Source of the DNA: Candidatus Binatia bacterium
GTDB lineage: Bacteria > Desulfobacterota > Binatia > UBA9968 > CAXXLF01
Assembly (NCBI GenBank): GCA_963664015.2
Contig: CAXXLF010000002.1
Coordinates: forward strand, 2,016,001 to 2,080,000
Length of the DNA stretch: 64,000 nucleotides
Direction of reading: 5' to 3'
Positions 41,219-52,375 of this stretch are shown here, in pieces (the first letter of the stretch is position 1; each line of letters starts with the position of its first letter). A program made the translations under genes and the position numbers. The notes under the pieces were generated by a model. The model did no database searches, was not told where the DNA came from, and worked only from the letters and a program-made list of their open reading frames with translations.

Positions 41219-43196
41219 ATGAGCGACACACCGATTATTGCGATCAAGGACATCACCAAGGTCTATGACCTCGGCGAGCAAAAGGTCGAGGCCTTGAGAG
41301 GTGTCTCACTGGAGATCTTCCCGGGCGAGATCGTCGCCCTGATGGGTCCATCGGGCTCCGGCAAATCGACCTTGATGAATATCCTGGGCTGTCTGGACCA
41401 GCCTACATCGGGGCAATACTGGTTGCGGGGGTATGGAAGTGGGTCATCTGTCCGCCGATGAAAAGGCCCATGTGCGCAACCACGAGCTCGGGTTCGTCTT
41501 TCAAAGCTATAACCTGATGGCGAGGACCAATGCCCGGGAAAATGTGGAGCTACCTATGCTCTATAGCGGCGTGTCGCCCCGGGTCCGCCGCGAACGGGCT
41601 ATAGAGATGCTGGCGTCGGTGGGTCTGGGGGACCGGGGAAACCACCAGCCAACCCAGCTCTCAGGGGGGCAGCAACAGCGGGTTGCTATCGCGCGGGCCC
41701 TGTTGAATGGACCACAGATCATCCTGGCCGACGAGCCCACAGGAAACCTGGACACCAAGACCGGTGATGAGATCATCGATCTTTTCAAACAACTCAACCG
41801 TGAGAAGGGGATCACTCTAGTCCTGGTCACCCACGACTCTTCGATAGCCTCCCAGTGCCACCGCGTCATCCATTTTAAGGACGGTTTGATTGAAGGAGAG
41901 GAACGGGTGAGTTCGTCCCCAACCGTTGCCGCCGTTCAGGACGAAGATCCGTCACCCACGGAGACTAAAGGCTTTGCATCCGATATGGTGGAAAATATTC
42001 GTACCGCCTTCAAGTCTCTGCGGGCCAACAAGATGCGTTCTTCCCTGACCATGCTGGGCGTGGTGATCGGTGTGGCGGCCGTGATCGCCATGGTCGCCAT
42101 CGGCCAGGGCACCAAGGCCAAGATCTCCAGGCAGATGGAACGGCTCGGCAGCAGCCGCCTGACGGTTTACTCGGGTACATCGAGGCGCTTCGGTCGAAGT
42201 TCCGCGGGCGGAACCATTACAACGCTCACCGCGGCGGACGCCAAGGCCCTGGTGGACGAGGTCCCGGGTGTCAGTATGGCAGCGCCCATGGTCCGGGGAT
42301 CCGCCCAGATCGTATATGGAAACAAGAATTGGCAGCCACGATATAGCGGTACCACACCCGAGTACCTCGCCATAAGAAATTGGGGCGTGGAGATGGGGGC
42401 AAATTTTAGCGAGGAGGATATCCTCCTCAACAGAAAAGTGCTCCTTCTAGGCAAGACCGTGGCCAAGGAGCTCTTCGGCGTCCAGTACCCCATCGGCCAG
42501 ATCGTCAGGCTCAAGCATATTCCTTTTGAAGTAGTGGGCATCCTGCAAGCACGGGGGACATCCGGGAGCGGCAGGGATTTGGACGATATCGTGTTTTTGC
42601 CGATTCGTACCGCGCAGCGAAAGCTCCTCGGCATCCATCACGTGCAGAGGATTGAGGTTGCGGCGACGAACCAGCAGGCAACCTATCAGGCGGAAAAGGA
42701 TATGGCCGAGTTGCTGCGTCAGCGTCACAAGATCACGCCCGGTAAGCGTGATGATTTCCGGATCCGAAATCGCGCAGAGATTATTGAAGCGGCCAACGAG
42801 GCAACCAACACCCTCTCCTATCTTTTGGCGGGGATTGCCTCTGTGGCTTTGGTCGTCGGCGGCATCGGGATCATGAACATCATGCTAGTCTCAGTCACGG
42901 AACGCACCCGTGAGATCGGTGTTCGACTGGCTGTGGGGGCAAGAAGACGGGATATCCGGCGGCAGTTCTTGACCGAGACCATGGTGCTCAGTATTTTGGG
43001 AGGCATCATTGGAATCCTACTCGGTATCGGTACCTCCTATGTGATTTCCTATTTCGGCGGTTGGGAGACCCTGGTCTCCCCCGGTGCGGTCCTACTCGCC
43101 TGTGGTTTTTCTGGGGCCATCGGCATCTTTTTCGGCTACCATCCGGCAGAGAAAGCCGCTACACTCAATCCCATCGAAGCGCTTCGTTACGAATAA
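41219..43196 (+). pseudogene. macB: MacB-type ABC ATPase/permease fusion, split by a 1-nt frameshift
   Basis: Walker [10 protein letters not shown] lies in one frame; LSGGQQQRVAIARAL, DEPTGNLD and VTERTREIG lie in the next. The shift is at G5 41427-41431. Confidence 0.82.
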
Positions 43197-43254
43197 GACG
43201 AACGAGGTTAGTGGAAGCGGCTATGGGCGAGGAAACTCGCCCCATGCGGTCACT

Positions 43255-43470
43255 TCTGAAACTCCAAATCCGAAATTCGAAACAAATCCAAATAACTAAC
43301 ATGCAATACAATTCCATCAGCTCGTTGCGTGATTTGAGCATTAATTATTTGAGATTTTGGAATTGTTTAGGGTTTCGTGCTTCGAATTTTGGATTTTAAC
43401 TTGAGGGCATTTTGGCGCGAAAAACTTTATTGATATCGTTCTGTTGAACATTCTATCGGTGAGAATCTGA
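43255..43470 (+). repeat. Dispersed composite repeat, copy C (7-mer inverted arms plus ~60-bp module)
   Basis: AAATCCGAAATTCGAAAC ... GTTTCGTGCTTCGAATTTTGGATTT, then the shared module at 43412-43470. Confidence 0.72.
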
Positions 43471-43479
43471 AAGGCTGAA

Positions 43480-44661
43480 ATGGAGCGACTCGTCGTGGGA
43501 CTCATGTCCGGGACCTCCATGGACGGTATTGACGCTGCACTGGTAGAGATCACGGGCCGGGGCGAGCGATCTCGTGTCAAAAGCCGGGGCTTTGTAACCA
43601 CACCCTACCCAAAGGACGTCAAGAGAGATCTACTGGAGATCGACCGTGAAAGCGGTCATCGAAACGGCACGGCCGAGATCTCCGCGCTCAATTTCAAAAT
43701 TGGTGAACTCTTTGCCCAGGCCGCGATACGTGTTGTGGCTAGAAGCGGTCGATCGCTACGCAGTGTGGACCTGATCGGTTCCCATGGCCAGACCGTATTC
43801 CATAACCCCAAGGGCAGGGAGAAGTCCACGCTTCAACTGGGAGAGCCGGCCGTCATCGCCGAGCGGACAGGGGTCACCACGGTAGCGGATTTTCGCACCG
43901 CGGATGTGGCCGCAGGTGGGGAAGGGGCGCCATTAACGCCTTATGTTCATTACCTGTTGTTTCGGGATCGCAAAAAATCCCGTGCGATCCACAACCTGGG
44001 CGGGATCTCCAACCTGACCTATATCCCGGCGCGGGCGGCTCCTAGAAACGTTGTGGCCTTCGATACGGGACCCGGCAACATGATCATCGACGGATTGGTA
44101 AGAATCATGACCCGTGGAAAGATGAGCTCCGACCGGGGCGGGGCGATGGCGAAAGAGGGGGATGTCAACGGCGGATTGTTAAGGGCACTGATGCGCCATC
44201 CCTTTTACTCTCTCCTGCCGCCTAAATCCACCGGTCGGGAAGCATTCGGTGCATCTTTTGTCGCATCGCTCCAGCAAAGGGCAAAAAAGCAGGGAATTCG
44301 TCCTTTGGACTTATTGGCTACGGCTACCGCCCTGAGCGCATCGACCATTGTCAAAGCGTATGCGGAATGTGTCCTGGGGCGATTGGGAAAGGTCGACGAG
44401 ATCTACTTTGCCGGTGGAGGGCGGAAAAACCGAACTCTGATGAAGCTACTACGAAACGGTCTCGACTTTGCCAAGGTTGGGGTTGTGGAGGATCTGGGTG
44501 TGGATGGAGACGCCCTTGAGGCCCAGGCCTTTGCCGTCATGGCCAACGAGACCGTTGAGGGGGTGCGAGGCAACCTTCCCAGGGTGACCGGGGCCGGGCA
44601 TCCCGTTATCTTGGGAAAGGTCGTGCCAGGAAAAAATTATTTAGGGGTGCGACTTAAATAG
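43480..44661 (+). CDS. anmK: Anhydro-N-acetylmuramic acid kinase
   Basis: GLMSGTSMDGID, GSHGQT, DVAAGGEGAPL, NLGGISN, FDTGPGN and PKSTGRE. Confidence 0.96.
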   Translation: MERLVVGLMSGTSMDGIDAALVEITGRGERSRVKSRGFVTTPYPKDVKRDLLEIDRESGHRNGTAEISALNFKIGELFAQAAIRVVARSGRSLRSVDLIGSHGQTVFHNPKGREKSTLQLGEPAVIAERTGVTTVADFRTADVAAGGEGAPLTPYVHYLLFRDRKKSRAIHNLGGISNLTYIPARAAPRNVVAFDTGPGNMIIDGLVRIMTRGKMSSDRGGAMAKEGDVNGGLLRALMRHPFYSLLPPKSTGREAFGASFVASLQQRAKKQGIRPLDLLATATALSASTIVKAYAECVLGRLGKVDEIYFAGGGRKNRTLMKLLRNGLDFAKVGVVEDLGVDGDALEAQAFAVMANETVEGVRGNLPRVTGAGHPVILGKVVPGKNYLGVRLK

Positions 44662-44774
44662 AGTGGCCAGAAGTCAGAGGTTGGAATGCGGACAGGACTC
44701 CGATTCCTGAATTCTAACATCTTCAGCAGAAGGCTGATCAGCCTCAGGCTGAGATCTCTGACATCGGGTTTCTT

Positions 44775-45515
44775 CTATTCTAAAAAGTGCAGCTTCACCT
44801 CTCCACGTGCCAGCTTCTCTTCCGCTTCCTTCAATCTTTCCGGGGTTCCCAGGTCTTGCCAGTATCCCTTGAAATTCAGGCCGTAAAGGGGCTCACCGTG
44901 AAGCAGCATCTTTGGGTAGGTGACGCGTGTGAGACTGAAGGGCCGCTCCTCCTCCATGAAGTCAAAGACCGTCGGTTCCAGGATCTGAACTCCGGTGAAC
45001 ATCAGTCGGTCGAGGGGATTGGGAATAGGCCCGGGAGCTGCTTGGCCAAGGAACCGGTGAATCCTGCCGTCGGATGACGTTTCAATGATGCCGAACTGTT
45101 CTGCGTTCTCATCTGCGCGAAGTACGAGGGTCGCGGTAGCCTGGTTCTGCTGATGGGTAGCGACCAGCTCTCTTAGCGGGAGATCGATGAGAACATCGCT
45201 GTTGATAACGAGAAAGGTCCCGTCCCGAAATAACTCCCTGGCCCTGAATAGTCCTCCCCCAGTGTCCAGCAGCGTCTCTTCTTTCATGTAGCGAATCTGA
45301 AGGCCCAGTCCGTTGCCATCCCCCAGCGCAGCCTCAATCTTGCTTCCCAGGTGGTGGAGGTTGATGATTATCTCCGTGATCCCCGACCGTCCCAGAAGGC
45401 GAAGGGGATACTCGATCATGGGCCGTCCCCAGAGTGGGATGAGTGCCTTGGGAAGCGTGTCCGTCATCGGGCGAAGTCGTTGGCCGTAACCGGCCGCGAA
45501 CACCATGGCCTTCAT
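44775..45515 (-). CDS. murU: Nucleotidyltransferase, MurU-like (N-acetylmuramate-1-phosphate uridylyltransferase)
   Basis: MKAMVFAAGYGQRLRPMTDTLPKAL, LDTGGG and WQDLGTPE; coupled to amgK. Confidence 0.8.
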   Translation of the reverse strand: MKAMVFAAGYGQRLRPMTDTLPKALIPLWGRPMIEYPLRLLGRSGITEIIINLHHLGSKIEAALGDGNGLGLQIRYMKEETLLDTGGGLFRARELFRDGTFLVINSDVLIDLPLRELVATHQQNQATATLVLRADENAEQFGIIETSSDGRIHRFLGQAAPGPIPNPLDRLMFTGVQILEPTVFDFMEEERPFSLTRVTYPKMLLHGEPLYGLNFKGYWQDLGTPERLKEAEEKLARGEVKLHFLE

Positions 45516-46585
45516 CGGATAACCTCGAAATAAGGTGCCAGGATAGGAAGGAGATTTTTCAAACGGGGGTGCTTCATGAGATTTCTCTCGAGACGTTTGA
45601 TGGTAGCGGGGAGGTACTGTCGGTACTGGGGTTTTCCCTTGATCAGGTCCAAGTAGATGAACCTGCCGACTACTTTAAAGTCCCGCTGCACAGCCGAAAG
45701 GAGATAGTTTTCCAAAAACTCGTCGCGCTTCACCTCCCGCTCGCCCATCTCCTCCCGCCGTCGGAGGTAATAGTCTATGAGGTGCTCCTCCAGGACTGGC
45801 CCAATCAAACGGTCCGTATCACGATCGTTCAGTAGCGAGGCCAGATCGTATTGAGGTGGCGCCAGGAGTGCGTCTTGAAAGTCGATCATGACCAGTTCAT
45901 CCCCGGATACCATCAGGTTCCAGCTATGAAAGTCCCGGTGGTTGAGATAGGGAGGTTGGCGCTCCAGCTGGCGCGAGACGTCGCTGAAGGCTTCCATCAA
46001 GAGCCGTCTTTCCATCTTGTCCATCGTCCCTTTTTTGCCGTTTTCGATTCCATACTCGATGAAGTGTTCCAACTCCCACATATAGAGGCGCAGGTCGAAA
46101 CGTTGTTGGAATGCGATAAAAGAGTCGTCCCGGGCCCGAGTCCCGCGGATCTGGAGGATGAGAAGCTGATCGAGGGCCTTTTCGTACCAATGGGAGATCC
46201 CTTCGGGTGAGAGGCCTTGCACCGAATCCCAAAGGGAGCGGTCCCCAAGGTCTTCCAAAAGGAGGATTCCATCATCGACCCAGTGTCCGTAGAGAGCGGG
46301 GATTCGAACCTGGAGCTTGGTCAGGAAGCGATGGAGGCTGAGAAACGGGAGTTCGCGAGGAGGCTCCTTGAATACGGCCAGTTCCTCGGACGAAAGGGGC
46401 AGCCCGCCACCGCTGAAATTCATGACGATCACTGAGGAAGGAAGGCCTTTCCCGGACAGCGATGCCCGAAAGTACCGTCTGGTTGAGGCATCGCCTGCCA
46501 GGGGGACCAGGGACTTTAGACGGGCCTGATTCCCAAGACAGTCCTGGATTTTGTTCGAAACGAGTCTTTTTAGGTCCTTTTTCAC
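45512..46585 (-). CDS. amgK: AmgK-like anomeric sugar kinase (APH fold)
   Basis: LAGDASTRRYFR, LLEDLGD, HRDFHSWN, IDFQDA and YDLASLL. Confidence 0.85.
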   Translation of the reverse strand: MKKDLKRLVSNKIQDCLGNQARLKSLVPLAGDASTRRYFRASLSGKGLPSSVIVMNFSGGGLPLSSEELAVFKEPPRELPFLSLHRFLTKLQVRIPALYGHWVDDGILLLEDLGDRSLWDSVQGLSPEGISHWYEKALDQLLILQIRGTRARDDSFIAFQQRFDLRLYMWELEHFIEYGIENGKKGTMDKMERRLLMEAFSDVSRQLERQPPYLNHRDFHSWNLMVSGDELVMIDFQDALLAPPQYDLASLLNDRDTDRLIGPVLEEHLIDYYLRRREEMGEREVKRDEFLENYLLSAVQRDFKVVGRFIYLDLIKGKPQYRQYLPATIKRLERNLMKHPRLKNLLPILAPYFEVIR

Positions 46586-46781
46586 GCGATTAAACCATAG
46601 GTTATGCAGTCAGAATCGTCAGCGTATAATTGTTTAGTTAGTAGATTTTCCTAAAGGAATACTCGTACTTTCGTTCTTTTTCTTCTTTTACGTCCTGCTG
46701 CAGATCTTCCTGTTTCTGCGTTTCAGAGACTACCTGAACGATCGTCTTCAGCATGAGGGGACAAGGGCTCTCATTTGCGGC

Positions 46782-48296
46782 TTGGTAGCATCTTTCTTTA
46801 TCATTACCATTTCCCCCGTTGCAGGGCACATCTTTTTCGGTTGGGATTTCCATGAGCGCTATCCCATGGCCAGTCGAGTCCTCTTTAGCGCCTTTGCCAT
46901 CTGGGCCTTTGGTTCAGGGGGCTGTGCCGTAATCCTTGCAGGATGCGACTTTTACCGTCGACTTGTGGAGAGGTTCTCGCCTCAGCCGGCACCGCTGGAC
47001 CCTAAGCGGCGCGATGTTATCGCTGCCCTGTTCTTCCTGGTAACCCTCCTCTATTACCTGCGGTCTACAGTGAAGGTGCCGTCGCGCCGAACCTGACTAT
47101 GGTGTTTTTCTGGTGCCCTTATCCTTGATGGCTGGTCATTGCTTTCCCGGGCTGGTGGCATGACCCTCCCTATCGTTTTCCTCGTCCTTGACGTGTATCC
47201 GCTTAGACGGCTCGGAGGGGAAGCGAGCATGTGGTTCGGGCGAACCTCCCGCGGCGTGCGGTTGGAGAAAATTCTATTCTTGATCTTGGCTTCGGGAGCT
47301 GCGGTTACCGCTTTACTGGCTCAATACAGGGTCGGAGCATTAGAGCCTATTGAAGGGTACAGTGTCTTGTCCCGTATCGCCCAGGTCTTCTTTGGCTTGG
47401 TCTTCTACTTATGGAAAACAGTCATGCCTTTTGGACTCTCTCCACTCTATGAAATACCGCCTTATCTCAATCCCTGGGAATGGCTCAAAGCGGGCCGCAG
47501 CTTGTAGCTGATCGTTACAGTTACCTCTTGTGTCTGGGATGGGTGTTACTGGTAGGGGCGGGCGTCATTACCTTCTGGCGAGCTTGGGTCGACCGGCGCC
47601 TTAAACGGTTGTCTTTCTTTGTTATCGCAGGGGTAACCGGAATGATTTTGGTTGGGTTGTGGGGATTGACCTGGAAACAGGTTCAGGTGTGGCACAATAC
47701 AGGTAGTCTATTCAGACATGTTGTTTCCGTGACCCCGGAGTCGAGGACTGCCCATTACAATTTGGGGATTTTGCTAGAAAGAGAGGGCAGGCTGGACGAG
47801 GCGGTTCGGCACTACCGTGAGGTTGTACGGATCGATCCTGACGACGTGGAAGGACGTATCAATCTGGTAATGTGTTAAGGAACCAGGGAAAGTTCGATGA
47901 GGCCATTGGGCACTACCAACGTGTCTTGATGATAGACCCAACCAATTCTATAGCGTATAATAATCGGGGGCTTGCGCTGCCAGGCAAGGACGCCTCGACG
48001 ATACGATAGACCAATTGCGTCACGCTCTGCGGATGAATCCAGCCAATGTGTTGATCTACGCCAATATGGGTGATATCGAAGCGAGTCGGGGAGATTGGGC
48101 CAGGGCGATCGAATACTACCGCCGGGCGGTTGAGGTGGAACCGGGATTGGCAGATGCCCATGAGCGGCTGGGCCGGCTCCTCATACAGGACGGACGGCGA
48201 GAGGAAGCCATAAAACACCTCGAAGAGGCCGTTCGGATTTTGAAGTCAGGCTCCCCCACCAGCACTAATGGTCAGGTAGATAAAACTATGGGATAA
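46782..48296 (+). pseudogene. Fragmented TMTC-like membrane glycosyltransferase/TPR gene
   Basis: Fragments RRDVIAALFFL, LDVYPLRRL, VFYLWK, ADRYSYL, TWKQVQVW and TPR repeats, broken by stops, frameshifts and deletions. Confidence 0.72.
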
Positions 48297-48366
48297 GGAA
48301 TCGGAAAGTGATCCGTTTTCCCTGGAACCCCCTGCCGTATCCCAAGTCAAAGGTGAAATAAAGCTG

Positions 48367-50340
48367 ATGGAGCCCACTCGGGAAAAGCGCCGAAGTCATG
48401 GCAAACCGTTAGGCGGTGGTTCTCCGTCCGAAGCCGGTCGGGTTCTCTTGACCCAACGACCGCTCGGTTGGCCCCGATGGCGGTGGAAAGCCATTATGGG
48501 ATGGGCTCTCGTTATCGTAGCGTTTATCGTCTATATCCCGGCCATGCAGGGCGGCTACATCTGGGACGACGATGATTACGTCCTGAAAAACCAAACACTG
48601 CTCTCCTTGGATGGGCTTCGACAGATCTGGTTCCAGATCGGTGCCACGCCGCAATACTACCCCATGGTGCACTCGACCTATTGGCTAGAGTATCGGTTGT
48701 GGGGCCTGATTCCCAGCGGTTACCACACTGTCAATATTCTTTTGCATGCGGTGAATGCGGTGCTCCTATGGCGTGTGTTGGCGGCTCTTCATATACCTGG
48801 AGCGTGGGTAGCGGCAGTGGTGTTTGCCCTGCACCCTGTGCACGTGGAGTCGGTTGCGTGGATTACAGAGCGAAAAAACGTCTTGTCCTGTTTGTTCTAT
48901 CTCAGCGCGGCGCTGGCCTACCTCCGCTACGCTCTGGGAGCGAACGATAAAGAAGCCCATACGGGGTCTGGGAAATTCTACGCATTGTCGTTGGTGCTCT
49001 TTCTGTGCGCCTTATTGAGTAAAACAGTGACTTCCACACTTCCTGCGGCGTTGCTTCTTTTACTATGGTGGAAACGGGGTCGCATCCAATGGGCGGACGT
49101 CCGTGCCATGGTGCCGTTCTTTTTTGTGGGTATTGGTTTTGGGCTTTTGACTCTATGGATGGAAAAGCATCACGTGGGTGCCGTGGGGGAAGCGTGGAAT
49201 CTGTCGTTGGTCGAGCGGTTGTTGATCGCTGGGCGCGCGCTATGGTTTTATGCGGGCAAACTTCTTTGGCCCAGCCCGCTGATATTTAACTATCCCCGCT
49301 GGCAGATTGACGGGGGAGCCTGGCAGCAGTATCTGTATCCTGCCGGTGCACTGGCCGTCATGGTGGCTCTGTGGCTGGCCAGGTCCCGTATCGGGCGGGG
49401 GCCGCTGGCGGCAGTTCTCTTTTTCGCTGGTACCTTGATGCCCGCCCTCGGGTTCTTTGACGTCTTTCCCATGCGGTACTCTTTTGTAGCGGATCACTTC
49501 CAGTACCATGCCAGCATCGGATTGATCACCATATTCGCTTCGGTCGGTTGCCTGGCCGCTAATCGGCTTGGAGGATGGGGAAGGACTGGCGGATGGGGTG
49601 CGTTAGTCATTGTCTTGGCGACACTGGGGACCTTAACCTGGCGACAAAGTTACATCTACAAAAACCATGAAACCATATGGCGGGACACGATTCGCAAGAA
49701 TCCTGATTCCTGGATGGCGCACACTAACCTAGGAGTTTTACTCACCAGTCGGGATCGGTTGGAAGAGGCGATGGGACATTACCGGCAGTCTTTACGGATC
49801 AATGCTGCGGATTATGTGGCGCACAACGGTTTGGGGAGTGCCTTGAGAGACCAGGGTCAAACAGAAGAAGCGATAGGGCACTACCGAGAGGCCTTACGGA
49901 TCAATGCCGCCAATTCGACCGTGCACAACAACCTGGGGCTCACACTATTACAGTTGGGGCGTATGAATGAGGCGATGGGGCATTTCCGAGAAGCGCTTCG
50001 GATCAATCCTGGTGATTTTTTGGCGCACAACAACCTGGGGATCGCGCTAGCAATGCAAGGAGTGATATATGAGGCAGTTGACCATTTCCGAGAAGCGCTC
50101 CGAATCGACCCTGCCAATATTTCGGTCTATGACAATTTGGCAGGCATCTATGCCAGCCGCGGTGAGTGGGAGAAGGCGATTGAACTCTATAGGAAAGCAC
50201 TAAAGGTCAACCCGGGAGTCGTGGAATTCCATGAAAAGCTTGGTCGGCTTCTCACCCAAACAGGGCGGAAGGACGAGGCGATCCCATATTTTGAAGAGGC
50301 CCTGCGACTTATGAAATCAGGTGCTCTGCAAGGCCATTGA
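48367..50340 (+). CDS. TMTC-like (GT-C) membrane protein with C-terminal TPR repeats
   Basis: IWDDDDY, FALHPVHVESVAWITERKN and VADHFQY, followed by about six AHNNLG-type TPRs. Confidence 0.85.
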   Translation: MEPTREKRRSHGKPLGGGSPSEAGRVLLTQRPLGWPRWRWKAIMGWALVIVAFIVYIPAMQGGYIWDDDDYVLKNQTLLSLDGLRQIWFQIGATPQYYPMVHSTYWLEYRLWGLIPSGYHTVNILLHAVNAVLLWRVLAALHIPGAWVAAVVFALHPVHVESVAWITERKNVLSCLFYLSAALAYLRYALGANDKEAHTGSGKFYALSLVLFLCALLSKTVTSTLPAALLLLLWWKRGRIQWADVRAMVPFFFVGIGFGLLTLWMEKHHVGAVGEAWNLSLVERLLIAGRALWFYAGKLLWPSPLIFNYPRWQIDGGAWQQYLYPAGALAVMVALWLARSRIGRGPLAAVLFFAGTLMPALGFFDVFPMRYSFVADHFQYHASIGLITIFASVGCLAANRLGGWGRTGGWGALVIVLATLGTLTWRQSYIYKNHETIWRDTIRKNPDSWMAHTNLGVLLTSRDRLEEAMGHYRQSLRINAADYVAHNGLGSALRDQGQTEEAIGHYREALRINAANSTVHNNLGLTLLQLGRMNEAMGHFREALRINPGDFLAHNNLGIALAMQGVIYEAVDHFREALRIDPANISVYDNLAGIYASRGEWEKAIELYRKALKVNPGVVEFHEKLGRLLTQTGRKDEAIPYFEEALRLMKSGALQGH

Positions 50341-50430
50341 CACTGTCCCGTTGAGGTCTTCTTTGGACCCTAGGTCTGAAGTAAATTGCACGGAGATGCC
50401 GTGTATGTTACTTCTCATCAAGTAAAAATC

Positions 50431-51357
50431 ATGAGCTTCAATGTCGGCATCGCACAGATCAACCCCAAACTGGGGGAGGTCGAGGCCAATATGGCCCTTT
50501 ACGAGGGAAAGATCCGTCAAGCACAGGGGGATGGTGTCGACTTCCTTGTATTTCCCGAGTTGTCACTGACAGGCTACTTCTTGCGCGACATGGTGCCCAA
50601 CGTGGCCTTGAATCTCGCCTCCAGGAAAATCCAGCATCTCAAGGCATTGAGCAGGCGTTTTGCTTTCGTCGCGGGTATTGTCGAGGAAGGACCGGACTTT
50701 CGTTTTTATAATTCAGCGGTCTATTTTGAAAACGGTGAGATACGGCATGTTCACCGCAAGGTCTACCTGCCGACTTATGGTATGTTCGATGAACAACGGT
50801 ATTTTGCTCGCGGCGACCGGGTCCGTGCCTTCGATTCAAAATTCGGACGACTGAGCCTGCTGATCTGTGAAGACCTCTGGCACCCTTCGACGGTCTACCT
50901 GGCGGCCCTGGACGGCGCCATGGCCATAATCTGTCCCTCGGCCAGCCCGCTCCGGGGGATCACGGAGGGCCAGCCCCAGGATGACACCGCTCGCTACTGG
51001 GAACTCATCAACCGGAATTACACCGAGACCTTCAGCCTCTATATGATCTATGGCAATCGGGTGGGATTCGAGGATGGGGTGGGTTTTTGGGGTGGGTCCG
51101 AGATCCTGGATCCATTCGGTCACAGTTTAGCTAAGGGCAAGTACTATGAAGAGGATATGATTGCCTCTGACGTGGGGCTGGAATCGGTCCGCCGGAAGAG
51201 AACCATGTCACCACTCCTCAGGGATGAGGACCTGGACCTGACCATCAACGAGCTCATGCGCATACGCGAGCGCCAACCCGGTTCCCAGCAAACCGGCTAC
51301 ACCAGCCGCAAACAAAAAGGTTACCGCGCTAAAAAAACAGAAAAAAAAGACCAATAA
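50431..51357 (+). CDS. Carbon-nitrogen hydrolase; probable glutaminase subunit of NAD synthetase
   Basis: FPELSLTGY, HRKVYLPTYGMFDEQRYF and ICEDLWH catalytic triad; adjacent to nadE. Confidence 0.88.
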   Translation: MSFNVGIAQINPKLGEVEANMALYEGKIRQAQGDGVDFLVFPELSLTGYFLRDMVPNVALNLASRKIQHLKALSRRFAFVAGIVEEGPDFRFYNSAVYFENGEIRHVHRKVYLPTYGMFDEQRYFARGDRVRAFDSKFGRLSLLICEDLWHPSTVYLAALDGAMAIICPSASPLRGITEGQPQDDTARYWELINRNYTETFSLYMIYGNRVGFEDGVGFWGGSEILDPFGHSLAKGKYYEEDMIASDVGLESVRRKRTMSPLLRDEDLDLTINELMRIRERQPGSQQTGYTSRKQKGYRAKKTEKKDQ

Positions 51358-51553
51358 GAAAAAGTAGAGAACCGGAGGGCAGAGGTCAGTATAGGGAACA
51401 GAATGGCGTGTTCGCTGGACCGCAATGAACATTAACTATTCAGAATCAAGTGCAAACGTCCAATTATGTAACCTGGCAGAGTTAGGGTAACGGTTTTCTA
51501 CGGAGATCTTTTATTCTGATCTCTGCATTCTGATATCTGACTTCCGGTTCTTT

Positions 51554-52375
51554 ATGCTTCAGATTCCAAACAATGTAGAACTGCTCAAACGGATACTCAC
51601 CTTGTTTATCCGTAACGAAGTGAAAAAAGTTGGGCTCCATCGGGTTGTCGTTGGCTTATCGGGAGGTGTCGACTCCAGTCTGAGCGCCATGTTAGCGGCC
51701 GAGGCCCTGGGGGCCGATCATGTCCTGGGCGTTATGATGCCCTACAAGAGCTCCAACGAGGAAAGCCGGGCTCATGCCGAGTTGGTTGTCGAGAAAAGCG
51801 GCATTGAGTCGGTCGTGGTCGATATTACACCTCAGGTCGACGCTTACTTTGACTTGGTTACGGACGCGGATCCCAGGCGGCGGGGCAACAAAATGGCCCG
51901 TGAGCGAATGACAATCCTTTATGATCACTCGGCACGTTGGAACGCCCTGGTCCTCGGTACGAGCAACAAGACCGAATTGCTCTTGGGCTACGGGACCCTC
52001 TACGGCGACATGGCCTCCGCCATCAATCCTCTGGGAGACCTCTATAAGGCTCAGGTCTGGGCCCTGGCCCAGTACGTCGGGGTTCCCGACGTCATTGTCC
52101 AAAAGAAACCCTCCGCGGATCTATGGGTAGGGCAAACCGACGAAGCCGAATTGGGCTTTAGTTATTCGGAGGTGGACGGCCTTCTGTTTCTCATGGTCGA
52201 TGAGCGTTACTCGCGCCAGGAGCTGATCGACGCGGATTATTCGGAAGGCTTCGTCGATGAAGTGACCCGACGCATTATGAATTCCCAGTTCAAACGTCGC
52301 TTGCCGGTCATTGCCAAGATCTCGCATCGCACCATCGACCATGACTTCCGCTACGCTCGGGATTGGGGAAAATAG
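51554..52375 (+). CDS. nadE: NAD+ synthetase (synthetase subunit)
   Basis: [24 protein letters not shown] and KPSADLW. Confidence 0.95.
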   Translation: MLQIPNNVELLKRILTLFIRNEVKKVGLHRVVVGLSGGVDSSLSAMLAAEALGADHVLGVMMPYKSSNEESRAHAELVVEKSGIESVVVDITPQVDAYFDLVTDADPRRRGNKMARERMTILYDHSARWNALVLGTSNKTELLLGYGTLYGDMASAINPLGDLYKAQVWALAQYVGVPDVIVQKKPSADLWVGQTDEAELGFSYSEVDGLLFLMVDERYSRQELIDADYSEGFVDEVTRRIMNSQFKRRLPVIAKISHRTIDHDFRYARDWGK

